Assembly: GCF_000025505.1 (NCBI RefSeq)
Contig: NC_013849.1
Location: 840,001-872,000, forward strand
Direction: 5' to 3'
Origin: Ferroglobus placidus DSM 10642
Lineage (GTDB): Archaea; Halobacteriota; Archaeoglobi; Archaeoglobales; Archaeoglobaceae
DNA: 32,000 nt
Shown: positions 23,740 to 31,651 of the stretch, piece by piece
Numbering within the stretch: the first letter of the stretch is position 1
Layout: the number at the start of each line of letters is the position of its first letter
Position numbers and translations under genes: made by a program
The notes under the pieces: generated by a model
Told to the model about the DNA's origin: nothing
The model's input: the letters and a program-made list of their open reading frames with translations, nothing else
The model's database searches: none

Positions 23740-24996
23740 ATGATCGAAGACGTTTACAAGGAAGCAAGACGCGGAGTGTACATGAGAAGAAGAGAGATCG
23801 AAAAGATGAAAAATAAGAGATTCAGGGCTATTGTTAGATACGCTTTCTGGAGATCGCCGTTGTACAGAAAAAAGTTCAAAGAAGCAAAGGTTGACGTGGA
23901 CAAGATTAGAACGGTAGAGGACATTGCAAAGCTTCCGTTCACAACTAAGCAGGAGTTGAGAGAGAGCTATCCGTTGAAAGCTGCTGCTGTTCCCAAAGAG
24001 GAAATCGTAAGAATTCAGATGAGCGGAGGCACCACCGGACAGCCGGTAATAATACCTTACACTAGAAAGGACGTTGAGCAGTGGAAAGAGATGATGCTTA
24101 GGGCATTTTACTTAGCTGGAATAACGAGCGAAGACATCATTCAAATAACTCCGGCTTTCGGTTTGTGGAACGGAGGGTTCGGTTTTCACTTTGCAGCCGA
24201 TGCCATAAACGCGTTCGTCATTCCAATAGGTCCGGGAAACACGAGAAATCAGGTGAGATTCATGAAGGATTTCGGCACAACCGTTCTTTGCGCCACCGCA
24301 AGCTACCCTCTGAGAATTGCCGAAGTTGCAAATGAGATGGGAATCGATGTGGCTGAGCTGCCAGTTAGAAAGCTCATCCTCGGAGCCGAACCTTGGAGCG
24401 ACGAGATGAGGAGAGAAATAGAAAGGATCTTCGACGCGAGAACCTACGACATCCCCGGGCTCACGGAGATGGGAGGGGTCGGAACGGTAGGTTTCGAATG
24501 TCCGGAAAGGAGCGGCTTGCACATGTGGGAGGATCAGTACGTAGTGGAGATCGTCGATCCAGAGACAGGAGAAGTGCTCGAAGAGGGGGAAGAGGGTGAG
24601 GTTGTTTACACGTCCCTCAACAGAGAGGCTATGCCCCTAATAAGATACAGAAGCGGCGAGGTGAGCGAAGCTCTTGGAGTTGGGTGTGAGTGCGGAATAG
24701 AGCACATGAAAATCAAAAGGATTAGAGGGAGAGTCGATGACATGGTAATTTATAAAGGAGCGAAGTTCTATCCGAGCGATATCGAGAGAATCTTAGCTAA
24801 CTACGGAATCCTCCACTACAAGATAGAGGTTGGAAACGGAAAAATAAGAGTTATTTACGAATCGGAAAAGGACTTCAGCGGAGAAATTTTGAAGGACATT
24901 CGAGAGTTTCTCGGATTCCAGCCGGAAGTTGTCAGGGTTGATGTCGGAAAGATTGAAAGGTTTGAGGGTAAAGCTAAAAGGTTGGTGAGGGTATGA
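23740..24996 (+). CDS. paaK: Phenylacetate-CoA ligase (PaaK)-family adenylate-forming enzyme
   Basis: ..RFRAIVRYAFWRSPLYRKKFKEAKVDVDKIRTVEDIAKLPFTTKQELRESYP.., the AMP-binding loop MSGGTTGQPV, and the ..YTSLNREAMPLIRYRSGE.. pattern of the PaaK/F390-synthetase family. Confidence 0.8.
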   Translation: MIEDVYKEARRGVYMRRREIEKMKNKRFRAIVRYAFWRSPLYRKKFKEAKVDVDKIRTVEDIAKLPFTTKQELRESYPLKAAAVPKEEIVRIQMSGGTTGQPVIIPYTRKDVEQWKEMMLRAFYLAGITSEDIIQITPAFGLWNGGFGFHFAADAINAFVIPIGPGNTRNQVRFMKDFGTTVLCATASYPLRIAEVANEMGIDVAELPVRKLILGAEPWSDEMRREIERIFDARTYDIPGLTEMGGVGTVGFECPERSGLHMWEDQYVVEIVDPETGEVLEEGEEGEVVYTSLNREAMPLIRYRSGEVSEALGVGCECGIEHMKIKRIRGRVDDMVIYKGAKFYPSDIERILANYGILHYKIEVGNGKIRVIYESEKDFSGEILKDIREFLGFQPEVVRVDVGKIERFEGKAKRLVRV

Positions 24997-25073
24997 TTTT
25001 AGGAGTTATCTACGCTTTGAGCGTAGTTTTAATGGTAGCCGGAGTCCTCATCGCGAGGAGGATGAGAGTTTGA
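24993..25073 (+). CDS. 26-aa single-TM micro-protein, candidate symporter small accessory subunit
   Basis: MILGVIYALSVVLMVAGVLIARRMRV. Its ATG overlaps the paaK stop (ATGA) and its TGA overlaps the symporter TTG start (TTGA). A GGTGA SD lies 4 nt upstream. Confidence 0.5.
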   Translation: MILGVIYALSVVLMVAGVLIARRMRV

Positions 25074-26482
25074 TAGTGGAAGCCGTTTTCGTATCATACT
25101 TAATTTTGATGTTCGTTATAGGACTCGCGGAGTACAGAAGAACTAAGGGAACCCTCGACTACTACTTAGCCGGAAAACAGCTCGGAGTTTTCCTCGTGAG
25201 CTTTTCCTTCTTCGCCACGTACTTCTCAACAGCCGCCTTCCTCGGAGGTGGAGGATTCGGTTACGTAGCCGGATTTCAGTGGTCGGCCTTTCTCACTTTC
25301 TTCCACATTCTATTCGCAATTCTCGCATGGGTTTTAATCGCTCCGAAGCTTAAGGAAATAGCCGACAAGCACGGAGCTTTAACGATCCCAGAGATTTTCG
25401 GAGCCAAGTACGGAGAGGCTGCAAGAGTAATCTCAGCTCTCACGATAATTATTTTCTTCTCCTTTTACATGGTCTCGATTTACAAGGGAGCGGGAAACCT
25501 CCTTCAGGTTATGATGAACCTCAGCTACGTGGAAGGACTGGCTATAACAGCCTTAATCGTCGTTTTCTACACTGCCCTCGGAGGATTTAGAGCTGTCGTC
25601 GTCACCGATTTAATTCAGGGCGTGCTAACTTTTCTCGGCGGAATCGCTCTTTTCTCAACCCTCATGATAGTCTTAGGAGGCTTTGAGGCTGTAGAAAAGC
25701 TGAAAACCGTTGAGACGTTTGCCGGGAGTGGAGAGTTGCTTTTCGAAATAGGGAAGCTCGCTCCTCCGCCAGTTATGAAAGCGGGGATGGTTCTGCCCTT
25801 TATTCTCAGCTTAACTTTTGCTATAAGCATCGCCCAGCTCTCAAGCCCTCAACTTGTTGTCAGATTTATAGCGGCGAGGGATCAAAGAGTTATTCGAGGA
25901 GGTATGCTTCTTACTCCAGTAATTATAGGGTTGTTCGCGATGTGCGTCTTCAGCATCGGTCCCTTTGCTTGGTTAATAGTTCCTAAAGAAGAGAGTCTAA
26001 AATTCCTAAAGAACCCGGACTTAGTAGTTCCTTACATAGCGATGAAGCTTTTTCCAGCTGGAGTAAACGCTTTGCTTTTAACAGCGATAATAGCTGCGGC
26101 GATGTCCACGATAAATTCCCTCCTCCACATGATGGCGACGTCCTTTGCAAGAGACGTAATTAAGAAGGACAGCCTTACTCTTACGAGAGCTCTCGTCGTT
26201 CTCTTCGCCTTAATTCCTCTGATAATTGCAGTAAACCCGCCAGACGTCATAGTTGCGATCGTCGGTGTTAGCTTTTCCGTTATAACAGCCACATTCCTCG
26301 TACCGCTTTTAGCAGCTTTGTATTTCAATTCAAAGCCGAGGAGCGTAGTGCTGTCAATGATTGCAGCTCTGATAACATCGGTAGTCTGGTATATGCTCTT
26401 CTACAGAATTTACTGGATTTACCCGGTCGTTCCGGGATTGGTTGCTTCTGCCGTCGTTTTTGCCCTTTCGGAAAAAATATAA
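25070..26482 (+). CDS. Sodium:solute symporter (SSS) family transporter
   Basis: 470 aa with about 13 TM helices and SSS-type N-terminal motifs (..DYYLAGKQLG..FSFFATYFSTAAFLGGGG..). A GGAGGA SD lies 7 nt before the TTG at 25070. Confidence 0.85.
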   Translation: MIVEAVFVSYLILMFVIGLAEYRRTKGTLDYYLAGKQLGVFLVSFSFFATYFSTAAFLGGGGFGYVAGFQWSAFLTFFHILFAILAWVLIAPKLKEIADKHGALTIPEIFGAKYGEAARVISALTIIIFFSFYMVSIYKGAGNLLQVMMNLSYVEGLAITALIVVFYTALGGFRAVVVTDLIQGVLTFLGGIALFSTLMIVLGGFEAVEKLKTVETFAGSGELLFEIGKLAPPPVMKAGMVLPFILSLTFAISIAQLSSPQLVVRFIAARDQRVIRGGMLLTPVIIGLFAMCVFSIGPFAWLIVPKEESLKFLKNPDLVVPYIAMKLFPAGVNALLLTAIIAAAMSTINSLLHMMATSFARDVIKKDSLTLTRALVVLFALIPLIIAVNPPDVIVAIVGVSFSVITATFLVPLLAALYFNSKPRSVVLSMIAALITSVVWYMLFYRIYWIYPVVPGLVASAVVFALSEKI

Positions 26483-26483
26483 A
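26476..26483 (+). promoter_or_regulatory. TATA-like box AATATAAA, 30 nt upstream of the ATG at 26506
   Basis: Spacing is the same as at the other first genes. Confidence 0.4.
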
Positions 26484-26505
26484 GTTCAAATTTTTTTCTT
26501 AAAGT

Positions 26506-26976
26506 ATGGAAAAACTCGACAGACTCGATTACCTCATACTTGCCGAGCTTCAAGAGGATGCGAGAAAAAGTTTGAGGGAAATAGCTGAAAAGCTTGGAGT
26601 GGCTGAGGCTACCGTTTACAACCGAATAAACAAGATGAGAAAGCTCGGGATAATAGAGAAGTTCATCCCAGTCATAAACTACTCCAAGCTCGGCTTCGAT
26701 TTGATTGCCGTGATTGGAATATCCGCCGAAGGAGGACACGTCGTCGAGCTGGAGGATTTGCTTGCGAAGGAGCCGAACGTAACGGCAGTTTACGACGTCA
26801 CGGGAGAGTTTGATGTTATAGCCGTGGCAAAATTCAAAGACAGAGACAGTTTGAACAGCTTCGTTAAAAGAATCGCCGGACTTGAACACGTGAAAAAGAC
26901 TTACACGATGGTCGTGCTGAACGTCGTTAAGGAGACGCATTTAATAGACATAAAAAAGTTGTTGTTGGAAGGTTAA
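26506..26976 (+). CDS. lrp: Lrp/AsnC-family transcriptional regulator
   Basis: N-terminal HTH LDYLILAELQEDARKSLREIAEKLGVAEATVYNRINKMRKLGII plus a C-terminal RAM/ACT-like domain. The ORF is 156 aa. Confidence 0.9.
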   Translation: MEKLDRLDYLILAELQEDARKSLREIAEKLGVAEATVYNRINKMRKLGIIEKFIPVINYSKLGFDLIAVIGISAEGGHVVELEDLLAKEPNVTAVYDVTGEFDVIAVAKFKDRDSLNSFVKRIAGLEHVKKTYTMVVLNVVKETHLIDIKKLLLEG

Positions 26977-29243
26977 CCGCATCTCGTAAATCCGCACATC
27001 CTGCAAGTCATACAGCCTTCCCCGTACTCAAGGACGTTGCCGCACTCTGGGCAGACTCCTCCTATCAGCTTCGTTCTGTGCTCTTCCTCAGCCTCCTCCG
27101 TGAACTCCGTCAGAGGTTTTACCCCTTTAACTTCAAGCTTTATCTTCTTGTACTCTCCTTTGAGGTGTTTCTCCAAAACCTTAGCAACTCCGTCGGCGCA
27201 GCTCGTTATTATTTCTCCGTTGTCGAAGCCAACTGAGGGACACCTTATTCCCTTCAGCTGTCTTATCAGAGCTTCTGGATTTACCCAGCTCCTCAAAGCT
27301 ATGCTCAAAAGCCTTCCGATAGCTTCCGTTTGCGATGCTGCACATCCACCGCTCTTTCCGAGCTGAACAAAGACCTCAGCTATCCCGTACTCGTCCTCGT
27401 TTATGGTTACGTAAAGGCTTCCGCAACCGGTTTTCGTTTCTATCGTAACACCCTTCGTTATTCTCGGTCTCGGTCTCGGCTCTATGTATTTGACTGGAGG
27501 TCTAACTTTAGCCTCCTTCTCCTTTCTCTTTTTCTCTTCCTCAGTCTTTTTAATCCTCAACACCTGCTCTTCCCTGCTTCCATCTCTGTAAACAGTAATT
27601 CCCTTACATTTAAGCTCGTAAGCGAGGAGAAAAGCTTTTTCAACGTCAGCTTTCGTCGCGTGATTCGGAAGGTTTATCGTCTTACTTACCGCATTGTCGG
27701 TGTACTTCTGAAAAGCCGCCTGCATTCTGACGTGCCACTCAGCTGGAATGTCCAGTGCGCACTTGAAAACTCTCCTCACGGCTTCGGGAATTTCCCCAAT
27801 TCTCTGTATGCTTCCCTCCTCAGCCACCCTCTCGATTATGTCCTCTCTGTAAAGCCCGATCTCTTTCAGAGTTCTTTCAAATATCGGATTTATCTCGAAA
27901 AACTCCTCTCCATCGAGAATGTTCGTCCTCTTGTAAGCTAAAGCGAAGACTGGCTCGATACCACTGCTGCAACCGGCTATGATGCTTATCGTTCCTGTAG
28001 GAGCGATGGTAGTAGTTGTTGCGTTTCTCATTTTTATTCCTCTCTTCTCCCAAACGCTTCCCTTCCAGTTGGGGAAAACTCCTCTTTCCTCAGCGAGCAT
28101 TTGAGAAGCTTTGTGGGATTCTTCCTGAATGAACTTCATCACTTTCTCAGCCAAAGCCACAGCTTCTTCGCTGTCGTAAGGAATCTTCAGTTTGAAAAGA
28201 GCGTCAGCCCAACCCATCACTCCGAGTCCGATTTTTCTGTTACCTTTCGTCATTTTCTCTATTTCTGGAATAGGGTAGCTGTTTACATCAATTACGTTAT
28301 CGAGAAATCTCGTAGCTATGTGAACTACCTCCCTTAACCTCTCCCATTCAAAATCTCCTTCCTTTTCGTTCACGAACTTCGAGAGGTTGATGCTCCCGAG
28401 GTTGCAGGATTCGTAGGGCAAAAGCGGTTGTTCACCGCACGGGTTGGTTGCTTCAATCATTCCGACGTGAGGTGTAGGATTGTGCCTGTTTATCTCGTCT
28501 ATGAATATCAATCCCGGCTCCCCGTTTCTCCAAGCTCCTTCAACGATTAAGTTGAAAATTTTTCTCGCAGAAACTTTCTTAACAACTTCTCCGGTTCTCG
28601 GATTGATGAGTTCGTAATCTTCGTCATTTTTCAACGCTTCCATGAATTTGTCGGTAACAGCAACGCTTATGTTGAAGTTCCTCAGCACTCCCTCCTCCCA
28701 TTTGGCGGTGATGAATTCTTCTATGTCAGGATGGTGAACGCTTAAAACTCCCATGTTCGCTCCTCTCCTCCTTCCACCCTGCTTTATCTGCTCCGTAGCT
28801 GCGTCGAAGATTTTCATGAAGCTTACCGGTCCAGATGCCACTCCTTTGGTAGACTTAACGATGTCTCCCTTCGGTCTGATTCTCGAAAAGCTAAAGCCCG
28901 TTCCCCCGCCGCTCTTTTGCACTTTAGCCATGTCCCATAGGGCTTTGAAAATTCCGTCTATGCTGTCCTCTACCGGAATAACGAAGCAAGCGGAGAGCTG
29001 ATTCAACTCCGTTCCGGCGTTCATCAAAGTAGGCGAGTTTGGCATGAACTCCTGCCTGTCCATTATTTCGAAGAATTTCTTAGCCCAGTAGTCCGGATCG
29101 TTACCGTATTTTTCCTCAGCTTCGGCTATAGCGTTAGCTACTCTCCAGAGCATTTGCTCGGGAGTTTCTATCACGTTACCCTTATCGTCCTTAAGCAGGT
29201 ACCTCTTTTTTAAAACAACCTCAGCCGTTTTTGATAACTCCAT
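26973..29243 (-). CDS. nrdJ: Adenosylcobalamin-dependent (class II) ribonucleotide reductase
   Basis: ..FMPNSPTLMNAG.., active-site NPCGEQPLLPYESCNLGSINL, ..TIAPTGTISIIAG.. and a C-terminal Cys-rich Zn ribbon CPECGN..CMTCRMCG. It is a continuous 756 aa with no intein. Confidence 0.9.
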   Translation of the reverse strand: MELSKTAEVVLKKRYLLKDDKGNVIETPEQMLWRVANAIAEAEEKYGNDPDYWAKKFFEIMDRQEFMPNSPTLMNAGTELNQLSACFVIPVEDSIDGIFKALWDMAKVQKSGGGTGFSFSRIRPKGDIVKSTKGVASGPVSFMKIFDAATEQIKQGGRRRGANMGVLSVHHPDIEEFITAKWEEGVLRNFNISVAVTDKFMEALKNDEDYELINPRTGEVVKKVSARKIFNLIVEGAWRNGEPGLIFIDEINRHNPTPHVGMIEATNPCGEQPLLPYESCNLGSINLSKFVNEKEGDFEWERLREVVHIATRFLDNVIDVNSYPIPEIEKMTKGNRKIGLGVMGWADALFKLKIPYDSEEAVALAEKVMKFIQEESHKASQMLAEERGVFPNWKGSVWEKRGIKMRNATTTTIAPTGTISIIAGCSSGIEPVFALAYKRTNILDGEEFFEINPIFERTLKEIGLYREDIIERVAEEGSIQRIGEIPEAVRRVFKCALDIPAEWHVRMQAAFQKYTDNAVSKTINLPNHATKADVEKAFLLAYELKCKGITVYRDGSREEQVLRIKKTEEEKKRKEKEAKVRPPVKYIEPRPRPRITKGVTIETKTGCGSLYVTINEDEYGIAEVFVQLGKSGGCAASQTEAIGRLLSIALRSWVNPEALIRQLKGIRCPSVGFDNGEIITSCADGVAKVLEKHLKGEYKKIKLEVKGVKPLTEFTEEAEEEHRTKLIGGVCPECGNVLEYGEGCMTCRMCGFTRCG

Positions 29244-29369
29244 ATTCCCACCTTATCAAGTTAATTTGATTTGATATCAGGTTTATATGATTTACTCCAC
29301 TCCAGAGGAATATTTGCGAAGCAATAGATTAAGCTTTTGTGTAGTCTGGAAGTAATATTCGGTAAAGAT

Positions 29370-29377
29370 TTTATAAT
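29370..29377 (+). promoter_or_regulatory. TATA box TTTATAAT, 30 nt upstream of the ATG at 29400
   Basis: Supports ATG 29400 (MYVLSCYNCG..) over the TTG at 29337 in the ORF track. Confidence 0.45.
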
Positions 29378-29399
29378 CCGCGGAAAAATCTTAAGCTGG

Positions 29400-30572
29400 A
29401 TGTACGTTCTCTCCTGCTACAACTGTGGAGAGACTTTTAAAGACTGGGGATTCGCTTTCCAGTGTCCTCACGGCTGCGACTCCCTCGTCTATACAAAATA
29501 CTCGGAAAAATTCTCCCCGAAAGGAGAGGGTTTGAGGAGGTACTCCTTCTGGATGCCGTTTGAGGTTGATGGGGATTTGCCGGTACTGGTTAAAAGTGAA
29601 GAGTTCAGCGAAATAGCCGATGCGGAGGTTTTCTTCGTAGTTCACGCTTACTGGCCGGAGATGGGCGTTAGGCTTAAAACGTGCTCCTTCAAAGAAGTCG
29701 AAGCTTTATCCTCTTTAAGGTATTCCGAAAACTTTGCAGAGGCAATAACTCTCGCTTCCGTCGGCAACACAGCCAACGCTTTTATAGAGCACGCTAAAAA
29801 TTTCGACCTCAAAGTCTACCTCTTCGTTCCGGAAAAGGTTTTTGAAGACCTTTTCGAGATTGAAAGGAGCGAGAACGTTACGGTGGTGAAAGTTAAAGGA
29901 TCGTACGATGACGCTCAAAGATTCGCAAGGATTTTTTCAGAAAATAGAGAATGCAAATTCGAAGGAGGGGGGAGAAACTTCGCGAGGAGGGATGCTTTAG
30001 CAACGAGCTGCTACGTTTACTTTGAAAAATTTAGGGAAATGCCGGATTACTACATTCAACCCATAGGCAGCGGGACGGGAGTTATAGCATTCTACGAAGG
30101 CTACAAGAGAGTTTCAAAAGAGTTTAACGTTAAAAAACCGAAGATAGTTGTCGTGCAGAACGAACCTTTTACTCCCGTTGTTGACGCTTGGAAGAAAAGG
30201 AGCAGAGAGATAAATTCCTACGAAGACCCCCTCGATAAGCTCTACGCGAAGGTTCTGTCTAACAGGAACCCGCTTTACAGCGTGAAAGGCGGACTTTACG
30301 ACATTCTTTCAGATACAGACGGAGAAGCTATAGGCATTTCAGAGGCTGAAGCAAAAAAAGCCGGAAAAATTTTCAAGAAGGAGTTTGGAATCACTCTACA
30401 TCCAGCTGCAGAAGTTGGTCTGGCTTCTCTTGAAAAAATTAATGTGAGAGGAAAAATACTCGTGAATGTAACCGGAGCCGGTTTGGACAGATTAAAGAGA
30501 GATTACAAGCTTAGAAGAGTTAAAGAAGACTTCGTCGTTTCCTCGGAAGAAGATCTGGAGATGATCGAATGA
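29400..30572 (+). CDS. Threonine-synthase-fold PLP enzyme, cysteate-synthase-like (assignment rests on gene context)
   Basis: N-terminal Cys cluster CYNCGE..CPHGC, PLP-lysine context LKTCSFKEVEA, and a Gly-rich loop PIGSGTGVIAFY. A 4-nt overlap couples it to the ComDE-like gene. Confidence 0.55.
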   Translation: MYVLSCYNCGETFKDWGFAFQCPHGCDSLVYTKYSEKFSPKGEGLRRYSFWMPFEVDGDLPVLVKSEEFSEIADAEVFFVVHAYWPEMGVRLKTCSFKEVEALSSLRYSENFAEAITLASVGNTANAFIEHAKNFDLKVYLFVPEKVFEDLFEIERSENVTVVKVKGSYDDAQRFARIFSENRECKFEGGGRNFARRDALATSCYVYFEKFREMPDYYIQPIGSGTGVIAFYEGYKRVSKEFNVKKPKIVVVQNEPFTPVVDAWKKRSREINSYEDPLDKLYAKVLSNRNPLYSVKGGLYDILSDTDGEAIGISEAEAKKAGKIFKKEFGITLHPAAEVGLASLEKINVRGKILVNVTGAGLDRLKRDYKLRRVKEDFVVSSEEDLEMIE

Positions 30573-31651
30573 TCGAGGAAGAGTTCTTAAAAACTTTGGA
30601 AAAAGCGAAAATAGACTACGTCCTAACTCTCCCTTGCGAGAGGGTAAAGAAGTTAATCTCTCTACTCCCCTCGAAATTCGAAATCGTAAACTTATCGAGA
30701 GAAGAGGAAGGAGTAGGGATTTCCGCCGGACTATACATGGGAGGCAAAAAGCCGGCAATGCTGATCCAAAGCTCCGGGTTTGGGAATTGCGTCAACGCTT
30801 TGATGAGCCTAACCAAATGCTACGAACTGCCTCTTCCGATTTTAATAAGCTGGAGGGGGGTTTACGGAGAAAAGATAGAGGCTCAGAAACCCCTCGGCGA
30901 AAGGTTGCCGAGGGTTCTTGAAGCTTTAGATATCGAATTCGTGGTATTCGACGGAAAAAATTTCGATGAAGTGGAAAATGCTATTAAAGAGAGCTTCGAA
31001 GAGGAGAAAATCGTAGCAGTTCTCCTCCGCCCGGACGTGTGGAGCGAAGCTGAAGACTTTTACTTCGAAAGACCGAAAGTAAAGAGGAAAGAGGTAAGAG
31101 TGGAGGAGTGCGAAGCAAAAATGACGAGATTCGAGCTTCTGAAAACGATTAAAGAGGAGCTCGAGGGGAAAATAGTTGTTTCGAACATAGGATATCCGAG
31201 CAGGGAACTCTACCACGTTTTGGATCAACCAACGAACTTCTACATGCTCGGAAGCATGGGATTGGCAAGTTCGATAGCTCTTGGAGTTGCTTTAACGGGG
31301 AAAGAAGTCATATCGATAGACGGAGACGGATCGATTCTTATGAATCCCTCCACGTTGTTCACAGCCGGAAGCGTTGATGTTGATCTAAAAATTCTGGCTG
31401 TAGATAACGCAGCCTACGGAAGTACGGGAAATCAGCCGACAGCTTCAGTTAAAGCAGATTTACAGCTCTTAGCAATCTCAGCAGCCTTCGAAAAAACTTT
31501 TAGGGCTAACGGAGAGGAAGTTAAAGAGATGCTGAAAGAGGGAGGGAAGGTTTTCATTCACTTCATAGCCAAGCCCGGAAATGCCAAAGTTCCGACGATT
31601 CCGATGAAAGCTGTTGAGATAAAGGAGAGGTTCATGGAGGCGATAAGATGA
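30569..31651 (+). CDS. comDE: Fused alpha-beta TPP-dependent sulfopyruvate (ComD-ComE) / phosphonopyruvate decarboxylase-family enzyme
   Basis: ComD-like N-terminal half (..LPCERVKKL..EEEGVGISAGLYMGGKKPAMLIQSSGFGNCVNAL..ISWRG..) and ComE-like C-terminal half with the TPP motif IDGDGSILMNPSTL..LAVDNAAYGSTGNQ. Confidence 0.75.
   Translation: MIEEEFLKTLEKAKIDYVLTLPCERVKKLISLLPSKFEIVNLSREEEGVGISAGLYMGGKKPAMLIQSSGFGNCVNALMSLTKCYELPLPILISWRGVYGEKIEAQKPLGERLPRVLEALDIEFVVFDGKNFDEVENAIKESFEEEKIVAVLLRPDVWSEAEDFYFERPKVKRKEVRVEECEAKMTRFELLKTIKEELEGKIVVSNIGYPSRELYHVLDQPTNFYMLGSMGLASSIALGVALTGKEVISIDGDGSILMNPSTLFTAGSVDVDLKILAVDNAAYGSTGNQPTASVKADLQLLAISAAFEKTFRANGEEVKEMLKEGGKVFIHFIAKPGNAKVPTIPMKAVEIKERFMEAIR

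Noticed and set aside
27037-29001. Plus-strand ORFs inside nrdJ (27037-27366, 27330-27941, 28101-28337, 28753-29001), including a 203-aa one.
   Set aside because: They are antisense shadows of a well-supported class II RNR gene, with no motifs and no promoter or SD context.
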